Source: an uncultured SAR116 cluster alpha proteobacterium (GTDB lineage: Bacteria > Pseudomonadota > Alphaproteobacteria > Puniceispirillales > Puniceispirillaceae). From it: DNA of 64,000 nucleotides. The notes under the pieces were generated by a model. The model saw nothing but the letters and a program-made list of their open reading frames with translations, made no database searches and had not been told where the DNA came from. Position numbers and translations under genes: made by a program. The DNA is taken from the NCBI GenBank assembly GCA_902632595.1, contig CACPDC010000007.1:3176-67175 (forward strand), read 5' to 3'. Below are positions 39,818 to 51,074 of the stretch, one piece after another; the stretch's first letter is position 1; each line of letters opens with the position of its first letter.

Positions 39818-41584
39818 ATGGAAGAAACATTACCCGTTTGGTCATTAACTGATTTTTATGATTCCATTAACTCTCAAAAAATTGAAACTGATTTGCAAAA
39901 GTGGTCCAATGAGGCTCTTAAGTTACAGAATGAATATGATGGTAGAATTGGAAGTCTTTCTGGAAGTGAGCTTGGTAATGTGATATCCCGTTTTGAGCGG
40001 ATAATCAGTGCAGTCAGAAAAATAACTTCATACGCAGATTTGTGTTTTGCATCGGATACAAGTAATCCTGAGTTTGCACAACATTCACAAAATATGAGTG
40101 AGGCTGTAAACACTATTCAGTCAAAACTTATTTTTTTGGAGCTTGAATTAGCTTCCATACCCGAGGAACAGTATCTTGTTACATTAAAAGATGAGGCTTT
40201 AGCGCATTATGAGCCGTGGCTGAGGCTTATTAGGTTAAATGCGGAGTACAATCTTGAACCGAGGCTTGAGAAACTGTTGGTTGAACAATCTCCCACTAAT
40301 CGGCAGGCATGGGTCAGATTATTTGATGAAACCTTCTCAGATCTGCGATTTGATTTTAAAGGCGAACAGCTAACAGAAACTCAAATTCTGAATAAACTAA
40401 CTAAAGCCGATCCTGCTGCAAGAAAAATAGCTGCCACATCACTGTCAAATGTTTTATCAAATAATTTGCGCCTTTTTACATTGGTCACAAACACTATTTC
40501 TAAGCAAAAAGAGACAGAAGATCGCTGGAGAGGTTATAAACGGGTGATTTCTTCTCGCAACCTTGCAAACGATGTGGATGACGAGGTGGTGGACACGCTG
40601 GTTGATACAGTTACGCAAAGAATGCCGGAATTATCTCATAGATATTATAAGTTAAAAGCTAAATGGCTTGGTGGTGAAACAATGCATTGGTGGGATAGAA
40701 ATGCTCCAGTCGCAGGTGATGAGGGACGAAAATACAGCTGGAAAGAAGCATGTGAAATTGTGCAAACTTCTTTTGAGAGATTTGATCCAGAAATGGGAGA
40801 GCTTGCAAAACAGTTTTTTGATAACCCATGGATTGATGCAGAAATAAGAGATGGTAAGGCATCAGGCGCATTTTCCCACCCCTCGGCAACAACAGTTCAT
40901 CCATATATTTTAATGAATTTCGAGGGCTATTCACGAGATGTAATGACATTGGCCCATGAAATGGGTCATGGTGTGCACCAGCTTCTTGCTGCGGAGCAAG
41001 GAGAGTTAATGTCAACAACCCCATTAACACTTGCAGAAACAGCTTCTGTTTTTTCAGAAATGTTGACCTTTAACGCAATTTTAATTGCAGAAAAATCTGA
41101 GCGGACAAAACGTTTTTTGTTAGCTGAAAAAATTGAGGACATGCTAAATACGGTAGTTCGTCAGGTGGCATTCCATAACTTTGAGTATTTGGTACACACT
41201 CATCGTAAGCGAGGAGAATTAAGTTCAGAACAGATTTCACAATTTTGGGTTGATACGCAAAAACAAGCGCTTGGACCAGGAATTATAATTGATAATAGCT
41301 TTAAGCCCTTGTGGTCGTATATTCCCCATTTTGTACATTCACCGTTTTATGTTTATGCCTACGCATTTGGCGATTGTTTAGTAAATGCTTTGTGGCAGGT
41401 TTATCAAGATGGCTCTAATCCAGAATTTAACGTTCATTATAAAACTCTTTTGAGAAATGGAGGGACAGTCAGATTTGATAGAGCGCTGGACCCATTTGCA
41501 TTAAATCCATCTAAGCCTGAATTTTGGAACAAAGGGCTTGATATGATCTCTAGTATGATAGATCAAGTGGAGGATTTACAGTAA
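39818..41584 (+). CDS. pepF: M3 family oligoendopeptidase F
   Basis: Zinc motif TLAHEMGHGVH with downstream ETAS Glu ligand, 588 aa. Confidence 0.85.
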   Translation: MEETLPVWSLTDFYDSINSQKIETDLQKWSNEALKLQNEYDGRIGSLSGSELGNVISRFERIISAVRKITSYADLCFASDTSNPEFAQHSQNMSEAVNTIQSKLIFLELELASIPEEQYLVTLKDEALAHYEPWLRLIRLNAEYNLEPRLEKLLVEQSPTNRQAWVRLFDETFSDLRFDFKGEQLTETQILNKLTKADPAARKIAATSLSNVLSNNLRLFTLVTNTISKQKETEDRWRGYKRVISSRNLANDVDDEVVDTLVDTVTQRMPELSHRYYKLKAKWLGGETMHWWDRNAPVAGDEGRKYSWKEACEIVQTSFERFDPEMGELAKQFFDNPWIDAEIRDGKASGAFSHPSATTVHPYILMNFEGYSRDVMTLAHEMGHGVHQLLAAEQGELMSTTPLTLAETASVFSEMLTFNAILIAEKSERTKRFLLAEKIEDMLNTVVRQVAFHNFEYLVHTHRKRGELSSEQISQFWVDTQKQALGPGIIIDNSFKPLWSYIPHFVHSPFYVYAYAFGDCLVNALWQVYQDGSNPEFNVHYKTLLRNGGTVRFDRALDPFALNPSKPEFWNKGLDMISSMIDQVEDLQ

Positions 41585-42945
41585 TGGGAAGAAGGGAAGA
41601 ACGTTCTACTATTGGTCTCAGATTAAAAAGATATGCTCAAGTGACAGGCGCCATGTCAGGCTTGGCAGCTCGGTTAGCAGGGGAGCGTTATCTTGGATTA
41701 GAATTAGATCGCAGCCAACATGCTAATCAACTTCGTGAAGCATTGGGAAATTTGAAAGGTCCGCTTATGAAGGTTGCGCAAATTTTATCAACCATTCCGG
41801 ATGCTTTACCACAGGAGTATGCTGAGGAACTAGCTGCGTTGCAAGCAGACGCTCCCCCGATGGGATGGTTGTTTGTTAAGCGTCGCATGCGTTCAGAGTT
41901 GGGAAATGAATGGGAAACGAAATTTGATAGTTTTGATAAAAAGGCCTGTTCCGCTGCATCTTTAGGCCAGGTACATCAGGCAATATACAATAATGAAAAA
42001 GTGGCTGTAAAATTGCAATATCCCGATATGGATTCTGCTATTAATGCGGATTTAAATCAGTTGAAGCTCGTATTTTCGCTTTACGAGAGGATTGATTCAG
42101 CAATCTCAACTAAGGATATACACTCAGAACTATCTGACAGGTTACGTGAAGAACTAGATTATAATAGAGAAGCATTGAATATGCAATTATATCGGTTGAT
42201 GCTTGCAGGAGAAAGCGAGGTCATTCTCCCAGAACCTATAGAGGCACTCTCAACTTCTCGCGTTTTGACTATGCGGTGGGTAGAGGGACAAAAACTTATG
42301 ACATATCTCGCAGGCGAACCATCGCAGGAAGATAGAAATATAGTTGCGATTAATATGTTTCGCACATGGTATGTGCCGTTTTATTATTATGGTGTAATTC
42401 ACGGTGATCCACACCTTGGCAATTACTCTATTACTGAGGATTTAAAAATAAATTTGATGGATTTTGGGTCTATTCGAGTGTTTCGCCCTGAATTTGTTGG
42501 AGGGGTTATTGATTTATACAAAGCTCTAAGGGACGGGAATGATGAACTTGCTGTGCATGCTTACTCTCAATGGGGGTTTGACGGCCTTGATAAAGTGTCC
42601 ATCGAAATTCTAAATATATGGGCAAAGTTTATTTATGGCCCTTTGTTAGAGGATAAAATAAGGCCGATCCAAGAGATTAGAGGCGGAAATTATGGTCGTG
42701 AGCTTGCGGGTAAAGTCCATCAGGAGCTCAAAAGGATAGGAGGTATCAAACCGCCAAGGGAATTTGTTTTAATGGATAGGTCGGCTGTCGGTTTAGGGTC
42801 AGTTTTTATGCATTTGAAAGCTGAGGTAAATTGGCATCAGCTATTTCACGGCCTTATTGATGATTTTTCTCTAAAGGAGCTTCAAACACGCCAACAGAAG
42901 GCTATTGAAAAAATAGGTCTTCCTAAAAGCCTTTTATCGGGTTGA
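41584..42945 (+). CDS. ABC1/UbiB family atypical kinase
   Basis: AASLGQVHQA, VAVKLQYPDM and IHGDPHLGNY motifs. The start ATG overlaps the pepF stop (TAATG). Confidence 0.8.
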   Translation: MGRREERSTIGLRLKRYAQVTGAMSGLAARLAGERYLGLELDRSQHANQLREALGNLKGPLMKVAQILSTIPDALPQEYAEELAALQADAPPMGWLFVKRRMRSELGNEWETKFDSFDKKACSAASLGQVHQAIYNNEKVAVKLQYPDMDSAINADLNQLKLVFSLYERIDSAISTKDIHSELSDRLREELDYNREALNMQLYRLMLAGESEVILPEPIEALSTSRVLTMRWVEGQKLMTYLAGEPSQEDRNIVAINMFRTWYVPFYYYGVIHGDPHLGNYSITEDLKINLMDFGSIRVFRPEFVGGVIDLYKALRDGNDELAVHAYSQWGFDGLDKVSIEILNIWAKFIYGPLLEDKIRPIQEIRGGNYGRELAGKVHQELKRIGGIKPPREFVLMDRSAVGLGSVFMHLKAEVNWHQLFHGLIDDFSLKELQTRQQKAIEKIGLPKSLLSG

Positions 42946-42959
42946 TCAGAAGTATTTGA

Positions 42960-44342
42960 CTATTTCATTGTTATTTTAGATAAAAGTTGGTCGAGCGTTT
43001 CTTTGGCATCACCATACAACATTCGAGAATTCTCTTTGAAAAAGAGCGGATTTTCTATACCAGAATATCCACGGCCCTGACCACGTTTTGAAATAATTAC
43101 TTGCTCTGCTTTCCAAACTTCTAAAACAGGCATTCCTGCAATTGGACTATTAGGGTCATCTTGGGCCGCTGGATTAACAATGTCATTAGCGCCAAGAATT
43201 ATTACCATATCAGTGTCTGGAAAATCCTGATTGATCTCGTCCATCTCTAAAACAATATCATAGGGCACTTTTGCTTCTGCGAGAAGCACATTCATATGCC
43301 CAGGTAGTCTACCTGCAACAGGATGTATAGCAAAACGAACAACTTTACCTTTGTCTCTTAACCGCCGTGATATCTCTGACACGGCGCTTTGAGCCTGTGC
43401 AACAGCCATTCCATATCCTGGGACGATCACAATAGTTTGTGCGTCTTCTAAATCTAACGCAACTGTGGAAACATCTGTCGCAATCATGTCTCCTTCCACC
43501 TCTTGGGCAGAACTAGTAGAAGTACCCCAACCACCTAAAATTACTGATATGAAGTTCCTGTTCATTGCTTTACACATTATGTATGATAAAATGGCGCCAG
43601 ACGCTCCAACAAGCGCGCCAGTAACAATTAGTAAGTCATTTCCAAGCAAAAATCCTGTTGCCGCCGCAGCCCAACCCGAATACGAATTCAACATGGACAC
43701 AACAACTGGCATGTCAGCGCCGCCAATTGCCATTACAAGGTGCGCCCCAAAAATCAGGGCTATTAGGGTCATGAGGTAAAGTGTCCAAGAGCCAGCATGA
43801 TCTAAAAACAGTCCCCCAAGCCATAAGCAAATTAATATTGCAACGAGATTTAACCAATTTCTGGCTGGAAGTAGCAAAGCTTTACCGTCAATATTACCTG
43901 ATAATTTGCCGTAAGCGACAACTGATCCTGTTGCAGTGACGGCACCAATGAAAACGCCTATAAAAATTTCAACATCATGTATGATAAGTTCGGAGCCAAC
44001 AAGACCTGTGGGAGGATCAATGTGTGAATTAATGCCGATAAAAACTGCAGCTATTCCTACAAAACTATGTAAGGCTGCAACAAGCTGCGGCATGCCAGTC
44101 ATTTCTACGCGCTGGGCCACATATGCTCCGATAACGGATCCTAGGATTATCATAGGGACTATCCATCCAAATCCAGACACTTGTGGGCCAAATACTGTAG
44201 CGAATACAGCCAAACCCATGCCGATTATTCCAAACCACACAGCTCGTTTTGCTTTTTCCTGATTGGAAAGACCGCCAAGAGACAGTATAAATAATACACT
44301 GGAGGCAATATAGATAGCAGTTACAATATTGGGATTAAGCAT
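42960..44342 (-). CDS. pntB: NAD(P) transhydrogenase subunit beta
   Basis: Membrane domain plus dIII NADP(H) domain ([30 protein letters not shown]), 460 aa. Confidence 0.92.
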   Translation of the reverse strand: MLNPNIVTAIYIASSVLFILSLGGLSNQEKAKRAVWFGIIGMGLAVFATVFGPQVSGFGWIVPMIILGSVIGAYVAQRVEMTGMPQLVAALHSFVGIAAVFIGINSHIDPPTGLVGSELIIHDVEIFIGVFIGAVTATGSVVAYGKLSGNIDGKALLLPARNWLNLVAILICLWLGGLFLDHAGSWTLYLMTLIALIFGAHLVMAIGGADMPVVVSMLNSYSGWAAAATGFLLGNDLLIVTGALVGASGAILSYIMCKAMNRNFISVILGGWGTSTSSAQEVEGDMIATDVSTVALDLEDAQTIVIVPGYGMAVAQAQSAVSEISRRLRDKGKVVRFAIHPVAGRLPGHMNVLLAEAKVPYDIVLEMDEINQDFPDTDMVIILGANDIVNPAAQDDPNSPIAGMPVLEVWKAEQVIISKRGQGRGYSGIENPLFFKENSRMLYGDAKETLDQLLSKITMK

Positions 44343-44353
44343 AGATTAAACCT

Positions 44354-45919
44354 TTAACTTTTCTGAAACATAGCAAGCATTCGTTTTGTTACTAAAAATC
44401 CCCCAACAATATTGATGGTAGCAATAAAAACTGAAATACTTGCAAGTAAAGTTACAACAAAACTGTTAGAGCCTACCTGCAATAAAGCACCAAGAATAAT
44501 AATACCTGAAATAGCATTGGTTACAGCCATCAATGGCGTATGAAGGGCGTGGCTTACGTTCCAAATAACTTGAAATCCCACAAAACAGGCTAACGCAAAA
44601 ACTATGAAATGTTGCATAAAGCTAGCTGGAGCGTAATTACCAACAATTAACATAAATAGCCCACCGGCCGCAAGAAGTCCTAGCTGCTGCTGTCCTGATT
44701 TTCTGATTGCGGCTTGTTCAATTAACGCTTTTTCTTCCTTGGAGATACCGGTATTTTCTGAAGCGGTTGTTGGTTTGCCTATGGCTGATACCTTTGGAGC
44801 TGGTGGTGGAAATGTTAATGTTCCGTTATAGCTAACCAATGCGCCCCGGATAACATCATCCTTAAGATTTATTTTTATTTTTCCGTCATTTTTGGGTGTT
44901 AGATCATCTAGCATATGGCGAATGTTTGTGGAATACAGAGTTGAGCTTTGAGCAGACATTCTACTCGGGAAATCCGTGTATCCTATAATTTTGATACCAT
45001 TATCTGTAGTAATGACTTTATTTGCTTTGGTTAGGTTACAATTACCGCCTTGTTCTGCAGCAAGGTCTACAATAACAGAACCTGGTTTCATTAAATCTAC
45101 CATCTCTTTTGGCCATAATTTTGGAGCTGGTCTTCCCGGTATTAATGCCGTGGTTATAACGATATCGATTTCAGGGGCCTGGTCGCGGAATAGTGCCATT
45201 TCTTTTTCAATGAATTCCGGTGAAGCAGGTTTTGCATAGCCGCCTTCTCCAGAACCATCTTCATCAAACTCAAGCAATAAAAACTCAGCACCCATGGATT
45301 CAATTTGTTCAGCTACTTCTGGCCGGACGTCAAACGAGCGCACGATTGCGCCGAGAGACTGCGCAGCTCCAATCGCAGCAAGTCCAGCCACACCTGCGCC
45401 AATAACCAGAACTTTTGCAGGTGGCATTTTTCCAGCTGCCGTTATCTGCCCAGTAAAGAATCTCCCAAAATGGTTTCCTGCCTCCATAACTGCACGATAG
45501 CCAGCAATATTTGCCATTGAAGAAAGTGCATCCATTTTCTGCGCGCGGCTAATCCGTGGAACCATATCCATAGCAATCTGGTTGACTCCCGAAGAAACAA
45601 TACGCTCCAATAATTCTTGGTTTTGTGCCGGCCAGAAAAAACTGATGATTGTTTTTCCTTTTTTCAGATAGGTTTCCTCTATTTTGCTAATTGCTTGCAC
45701 CTTTATAATTATATCTGACTGTTTCCAGAGACTTGATGCTGTTTTAACAATTTTAACGCCAGCCTCTTTGTAACTGGTGTCTGGAAAACCAGCACCATTT
45801 CCAGCACCTGTTTCAATCATGCATTCAAAGCCTAATTTTTGAAGCTGAAACGCGCTATTTGGTGTCATTGCGACCCTTTTCTCACCTACTTGAAGTTCTC
45901 TGGGAGCACCGATAATCAT
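44354..45919 (-). CDS. pntA: NAD(P) transhydrogenase subunit alpha (fused dI + membrane part)
   Basis: [20 protein letters not shown] start, [18 protein letters not shown] fold, C-terminal TM helices. ATG at 45919 preferred over the TTG at 45967. Confidence 0.9.
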   Translation of the reverse strand: MIIGAPRELQVGEKRVAMTPNSAFQLQKLGFECMIETGAGNGAGFPDTSYKEAGVKIVKTASSLWKQSDIIIKVQAISKIEETYLKKGKTIISFFWPAQNQELLERIVSSGVNQIAMDMVPRISRAQKMDALSSMANIAGYRAVMEAGNHFGRFFTGQITAAGKMPPAKVLVIGAGVAGLAAIGAAQSLGAIVRSFDVRPEVAEQIESMGAEFLLLEFDEDGSGEGGYAKPASPEFIEKEMALFRDQAPEIDIVITTALIPGRPAPKLWPKEMVDLMKPGSVIVDLAAEQGGNCNLTKANKVITTDNGIKIIGYTDFPSRMSAQSSTLYSTNIRHMLDDLTPKNDGKIKINLKDDVIRGALVSYNGTLTFPPPAPKVSAIGKPTTASENTGISKEEKALIEQAAIRKSGQQQLGLLAAGGLFMLIVGNYAPASFMQHFIVFALACFVGFQVIWNVSHALHTPLMAVTNAISGIIILGALLQVGSNSFVVTLLASISVFIATINIVGGFLVTKRMLAMFQKS

Positions 45920-46138
45920 AGTATCAAAATCCGTTCCAATTTTTTTCTTGTTAAAGCATAAATTCAAAAATTTTTTGTGTATTGCTAGCTAATTTGCGTT
46001 ACCATGGAAAATACTCATAAATGCCTTGTATAACTAACTGTGTGTTTAAAAATTAAATAAGTTAAAATGTCAAAACAAAACCGCCCTATATTACTAGAAG
46101 ACGGTTTTCATTTTTATATGGCCGTTACACAATAAGGG

Positions 46139-46342
46139 TTAATAACCCTCACGTTCCATTCGCTTGCGCATTAGTTTACGCACTCTGCGTGTTGACTCTG
46201 CGGCTTCGCGAGCACGGCGTTCAGATGGCTTTTCAAAATTACGTCGATTTTTCATCTCGCGAAACATACCTTCGCGTTGCATCTTTTTTTTGAGCACTCT
46301 AAGTGCTTGATCTACATTATTTTCTCTAACAGCAACGTACAC
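46139..46342 (-). CDS. rpsU: 30S ribosomal protein S21
   Basis: [36 protein letters not shown], 67 aa, GTG start. Confidence 0.92.
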   Translation of the reverse strand: MYVAVRENNVDQALRVLKKKMQREGMFREMKNRRNFEKPSERRAREAAESTRRVRKLMRKRMEREGY

Positions 46343-46495
46343 AGATTTATTATCCTTATATGCTTCTTTGGTTTATTGTCATAAAGTAAGTGGCTTTATA
46401 TATCATGTTTTTCAAATATTTGCAAATATTGTCTTTTATGCTGAATTCACCATATATTAGTATAAAAATGAAAAAACAGAAATTGTGGGAAAGAT

Positions 46496-47191
46496 ATGAT
46501 AGAGACAAATAGCGAAGAAAATAATGAACGTTTTACTTTTGTTCGTGCTTGTTTGGTGCATGTGCCATTTGACGGCTGGACCCAGCGTACTTTAGACCTC
46601 GCTGCTGAAGATTGTAGCTTAAATGATAAGGATGTTTCTAGAATTTTGCCTCGTGGTATTCCACAAGCTATAGAGACTTACGCGCATCTAGCAGATAAAG
46701 ATATGGTCTCTGCCTTTAAATCAAAGATGATGGATACCGAGAATTGTCTTGAGGGAGTAACTGCGAAAATAAAATTTATGATCATTGTTAGATTGCAACA
46801 AGCTCTTCCTCAAAAAGAAGTAGTCAGAAAAACTATTCAGTATCTTTGTAATCCAAGGCACTTGCAGTTTAGTCAAAAGTTACTTTACAAGACTATTGAT
46901 CAGATCTGGCATCAAGCGGGAGACAATTCAAGGGACTTTAGTTTTTTTACTAAACGCGGATTGTTGGGCGCTATTTATAGTTCAACTCTACTATATTATC
47001 TTGCTGATGATTCGGGTTCGATAGAAAATACGTCGGCGTTTCTAGACAGAAGGTTAAAGGAAATATCACTCATCCCCAAGGCCACTAAACCTATCGTAAA
47101 GCAAGCAAAATTTTTGGTTTCGGGTGCTGGTAGTGTTTTCACTTCAATAGCTAAAAATATTTCACAGCAAATGGCTAAGCGCAGATATTAG
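46496..47191 (+). CDS. COQ9 family protein (rpsU-divergently transcribed protein)
   Basis: Divergent from rpsU as in the TIGR 'rpsU-divergently transcribed' family. About 230 aa, helical, with a TetR-like N-terminus. Confidence 0.6.
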   Translation: MIETNSEENNERFTFVRACLVHVPFDGWTQRTLDLAAEDCSLNDKDVSRILPRGIPQAIETYAHLADKDMVSAFKSKMMDTENCLEGVTAKIKFMIIVRLQQALPQKEVVRKTIQYLCNPRHLQFSQKLLYKTIDQIWHQAGDNSRDFSFFTKRGLLGAIYSSTLLYYLADDSGSIENTSAFLDRRLKEISLIPKATKPIVKQAKFLVSGAGSVFTSIAKNISQQMAKRRY

Positions 47192-47300
47192 GTTATAATG
47201 TAAACATCTTTCTACTATTTTAATCCGAATTAGCCTATAACGGGATTATATCGTAAAGATAAATTTGTTAAATGAAGGCAGACTAACGAGGATGAATAAT

Positions 47301-48224
47301 ATGCCCATCAGGGTTCCTGATAATTTACCGGCTCTAGACGATTTAACTGCAGAAGGGGTAGATTTGATTGCTACTGGTCAAGCTACTAAGCAAGATATTC
47401 GACCTCTTAGATTAATAATGCTCAATTTAATGCCAACAAAAAAAACGACTGAGATTCAGTTTGCTAGGTTATTCGGTTGTTCTCCTTTACAGGTTGAACT
47501 TATATTGATGACGACAGAGAGTTATACACCAAAAAACACTGAGCCAGCTTATTTAAGACGTTTCTACAGACGATTAAGTGATGTTGAGGGAGAGTTTTTT
47601 GATGCTTTGATTGTTACAGGGGCACCGATAGAAAAAAAACCATTTGAAGAGGTCAACTATTGGTCAGAATTATTGGATATATTCAATTGGTCAAAAACAC
47701 ATTGCTTTAGACGTCTAGGCATATGCTGGGGCGCCCAAGCACTTTTGTATCATTTCTATGGCTTACCAAAATATCAGATGAAGAGAAAATTATTTGGTAT
47801 TTTTGAGCACTCTATAACTTCTCATTCTGGACGTCTTATGCATGGATTTACGACCACTTTTCCAATGCCAGTTTCGCGTTATACAATGAATAAAAAGCAG
47901 GAACTATTAGGATTGGGTTTGGATATTCTTGCGGAAAGTGCGGAGATCGGGGTGGGTATGGCTCGGGATAAATTGACGGGTGATTTGTTTGTGCTTAATC
48001 ACTTAGAATATGACGCGCAAACTTTAAATGCTGAATATTTGCGGGATAAGAAAGATGGTCTAGACACACCAATGCCTAGGAATTATTTTCCTCAAGATAA
48101 GCCAGAATTAGCTCCTCAAAATTATTGGCGGCCCTTTGCTTATCTTTTATGCGCAAATTGGCTAAATGACCTTTATCAAGACACCTTGTTTGACCTAACG
48201 CAGTTAGAAAATAGAATTTTATAA
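47301..48224 (+). CDS. metA: homoserine O-acyltransferase MetA family
   Basis: MPIRVPDNLPA start, LNLMPTK, ITGAP, active-site GICWGAQA, 307 aa. Confidence 0.88.
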   Translation: MPIRVPDNLPALDDLTAEGVDLIATGQATKQDIRPLRLIMLNLMPTKKTTEIQFARLFGCSPLQVELILMTTESYTPKNTEPAYLRRFYRRLSDVEGEFFDALIVTGAPIEKKPFEEVNYWSELLDIFNWSKTHCFRRLGICWGAQALLYHFYGLPKYQMKRKLFGIFEHSITSHSGRLMHGFTTTFPMPVSRYTMNKKQELLGLGLDILAESAEIGVGMARDKLTGDLFVLNHLEYDAQTLNAEYLRDKKDGLDTPMPRNYFPQDKPELAPQNYWRPFAYLLCANWLNDLYQDTLFDLTQLENRIL

Positions 48225-48268
48225 GCACCCTTATTCGATTTGTTTAGAAAAATAATCTTATTTGCGTG

Positions 48269-49324
48269 TCATTCTTTCCAAGTTACGTGGCCCATTTTCC
48301 TGTTCTTTTTTGCTTTCAACTTTCCATATTCATGAACGTATTTCCCCGCATGTTTATATCCACTTGATATTTCTGCAACTTTCTGACCAAGAATATTTTT
48401 CATGTGCCATACACCATCTATACTTACATCTCCTAAGGGAAGGCCACTAACACTCCTAACAAGCTGATGAAATTGACTTGTCTTACACCCCTCTATTGTC
48501 CAATGAAAAGAGTTATGAGGTCTGGGAGCAATTTCATTAAAAATTAAAGTATTTTCTTTTGTTAAAAAGAATTCGATTGCCAGAAGTCCAACTACTTCCA
48601 AATAGTCTGCTAATAATTTGGCATAACTATTTCCTGTTTCAATAATTCTACTCGGTAGAATGGCTGGCGCAGTCGAGTGAAGAAGAATGCCGTCTTCATG
48701 ATAGTTAATGGTAGGAGGAAAAATTGCTGTTTTACCGGCAACATCTCGTGCTATTAAAATGCTAATTTCCTTTTTGAAATCAATTAAGGTTTCTAGAATC
48801 GCAAGATCGGTGTTTATTTTCTGCCATAAACTCTCTATTTTTGCTCCGCTCTGCGTCCTTATTTGACCTTTACCATCATATCCAAATTTTGCTGTCTTGA
48901 GAATGGCTTTGCCATTCGATAAATCCATCGCGTTAGCTAAGTCACCAATGGATGTTATTTTCCAGAAGGGTGCTGTTGGTATACCCAATAGCCTCGCTGT
49001 TTCTTTCTCATTTAATCTATTTTGAGCTGTTGCAAGGGCCTTTGTTCCTGGACTTGTGAGAAGGTTTCTCGGAGCTATTTGGAGAGCTAGCACGGGTACG
49101 TTTTCAAATTCGCATACTACAGCGTCTACCATGTTATAAAAGTGTTTAAGTTTCTTTTCATCTGTGTATTCTGCATTTGTGACAGAATTGCAGATTTGAC
49201 CCGCGGGTGAGTTTTCCGCATTAGGTGCAAATATATGGCAGGAGATGCCATAGTTTGAGGCCGCTTGAACGGTCATTCTCCCTAATTGGCCACTGCCGAG
49301 AATACCGAGTTTGAATTTTACCAT
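48269..49324 (-). CDS. purK: N5-carboxyaminoimidazole ribonucleotide synthase
   Basis: ILGSGQLGRM start, ATP-grasp core (YDGKGQ, EFF..NEIAPRPHNSFHWT), directly downstream of purE. Confidence 0.88.
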   Translation of the reverse strand: MVKFKLGILGSGQLGRMTVQAASNYGISCHIFAPNAENSPAGQICNSVTNAEYTDEKKLKHFYNMVDAVVCEFENVPVLALQIAPRNLLTSPGTKALATAQNRLNEKETARLLGIPTAPFWKITSIGDLANAMDLSNGKAILKTAKFGYDGKGQIRTQSGAKIESLWQKINTDLAILETLIDFKKEISILIARDVAGKTAIFPPTINYHEDGILLHSTAPAILPSRIIETGNSYAKLLADYLEVVGLLAIEFFLTKENTLIFNEIAPRPHNSFHWTIEGCKTSQFHQLVRSVSGLPLGDVSIDGVWHMKNILGQKVAEISSGYKHAGKYVHEYGKLKAKKNRKMGHVTWKE

Positions 49325-49326
49325 AA

Positions 49327-49815
49327 TTAACTCGGATACAATGCAACTTTTTCACTTTGGACCTGTTTCCATTTGCAAAGCGCATCAAAGATGTTTTTAT
49401 TTTTAAGTGAGAGAATTTGTGCCGCAAATAAAGCGGCATTTTTAGCTCCCGCAATCCCAATAGCGAATGTAGCAACTGGAGTTCCGGCAGGCATTTGGAC
49501 TATAGAATATAGAGAATCTATTCCCTTTAAAGCTTTTGTTTCAATTGGAACCCCTAAAACAGGAATTTGAGTATAAGATGCAACCATCCCTGGAAGATGT
49601 GCTGCACCTCCCGCGCCTGCTATAATAACTTTTATGCCGTTAGAGGATGCTGATTTTGCAAAATTTGACATTCTATTAGGTGTTCTATGTGCAGAAATAA
49701 TTTTTTTTTCATGAGTAATGCCCAGCTCATCTAAAATTGTTGATGCTTCGCACATAATGGGCCAGTCTGATTGACTGCCCATGATAATCGAAATTTCTGG
49801 GGTGCTCTTTCTCAT
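49327..49815 (-). CDS. purE: N5-carboxyaminoimidazole ribonucleotide mutase
   Basis: IIMGSQSDW, SAHRTP, AGGAAHLPGMVAS motifs, 162 aa. Confidence 0.93.
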   Translation of the reverse strand: MRKSTPEISIIMGSQSDWPIMCEASTILDELGITHEKKIISAHRTPNRMSNFAKSASSNGIKVIIAGAGGAAHLPGMVASYTQIPVLGVPIETKALKGIDSLYSIVQMPAGTPVATFAIGIAGAKNAALFAAQILSLKNKNIFDALCKWKQVQSEKVALYPS

Positions 49816-49894
49816 AAATTCTAACCTCTTAACTTACATGTGAGTAGTAAAAATTTTTTGACAATATTAATCAATATATTTTCTACTCACAAAA

Positions 49895-50104
49895 TTAAGC
49901 AATAATGTCAGGAACTATTATAGCTTTAAGTTTAATAATCTCATCTTTTAATCCTAATTTTCTTTTTTTTAATCTTTGTAATTGAAGTTGATCAAATCCC
50001 TTTACCAGCAACATTGAATTTATCACGTCATCTAAATCCCTGTGTTCTGATAATAGGTCTTCAAGTTTTTTATGTATATTGTTAGATTGTGTATCCTGCA
50101 TCAC
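49895..50104 (-). CDS. DUF465 (YdcH-like) small coiled-coil protein
   Basis: 69 aa; L..EHRDLD..I....  LQRLKKRKLGLKDEI pattern typical of DUF465. Confidence 0.55.
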   Translation of the reverse strand: MMQDTQSNNIHKKLEDLLSEHRDLDDVINSMLLVKGFDQLQLQRLKKRKLGLKDEIIKLKAIIVPDIIA

Positions 50105-50196
50105 TTTTTAGCTTTTTACGAAAAAATTTGGTTAAATTTCATAAATTTTTTTATTTCAGCAAAATGCTAGAGCAGTTTGCAAAATTAAACTTAAAT

Positions 50197-50763
50197 TTAT
50201 GGTATTTCAGATAACCTTTCTATCTGTTCTTCGCTTGCTTTGAGCTTTCCGCCAGCTTTTTCAATAGCAGTATTCAAGTCAGACTGCGTGCAAAGACCTA
50301 ACATTGCAGGATGCTTCGCTGTAATGTTGCTAATGTTCCAGTGCGTTCGTTCTCTTATCTTTTTTATAGTTTCTTTTGTTGTGCCAATCAGTTTTCCAAT
50401 CTGAGAATCTGATATTTCTGGATGATGTTTTACAACCCAAGCAATCGCATCTGGCTTATCCCCACGGCGAGCCACAGGGACATAGCGAGGTCCCTTAGTG
50501 CGGGCGGTTGGTTGTGGTAAATTTGTTTTACTTTGGACAAGTTTTGCTTCAGGATCGAGTTCACACCTGTCGATTTCCAATTTACTGAGTTGTCCGTTCA
50601 CAATAGGATCATAGCCCTGGATCCCAACAGCAACTTCACCATCTGCAATTGCTTGCACTTCAAGAATGTGTAGGTCACAAAATTCTCCTATTTGTTCAAA
50701 ACTTAAACCAGTATTGTCTATTAGCCAAACAGCTGTCGCTTTGGGCATGAGCAGTTGTGTCAT
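50197..50763 (-). CDS. DUF1013 domain protein (TrcR-like cell-cycle regulator family)
   Basis: MPKATAVWLIDNTGLSFEQIGEFCDLHILEVQAIADGEVA and the second repeat KPDAIAWVVKHHPEISDSQIGKLIGTTKETI are the DUF1013 hallmark. Confidence 0.7.
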   Translation of the reverse strand: MTQLLMPKATAVWLIDNTGLSFEQIGEFCDLHILEVQAIADGEVAVGIQGYDPIVNGQLSKLEIDRCELDPEAKLVQSKTNLPQPTARTKGPRYVPVARRGDKPDAIAWVVKHHPEISDSQIGKLIGTTKETIKKIRERTHWNISNITAKHPAMLGLCTQSDLNTAIEKAGGKLKASEEQIERLSEIP

Positions 50764-51074
50764 TTAAATATCTCTCTTTATCAAAGTTGATAATAAAAAA
50801 ACAACGAATTCTAAACCGGTCGAATTCATATCCCTCATATATAGAGATGATCGCTAATTTTGCAAAGGCTGCTTTTATTATATAATAGCATTTCAAACTT
50901 TTTAAGTGCTAAGCTGCTTGTGATTAATTTCGAAACTAATATAGGTGTTCAAAATAAAGTGGTTGACCTGTTATTAAAATTTATTTAATGGAGGGCCAAA
51001 TTTATAATAATACTTGATTTTAGTTCCTCAAATATTTGCTACAATTTTTGAAAATCGAGAGATTTTCAAGGACG

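Noticed and set aside
47192-47300. Possible SAM-II (metA motif) riboswitch upstream of metA, based on the hairpin TAATCCg..cGGGATTA followed by AAAGAT.
   Set aside because: The conserved AAAGCU pseudoknot strand and the U-rich loop are not recognisable. The hairpin could equally be the end of the upstream COQ9-like transcript.
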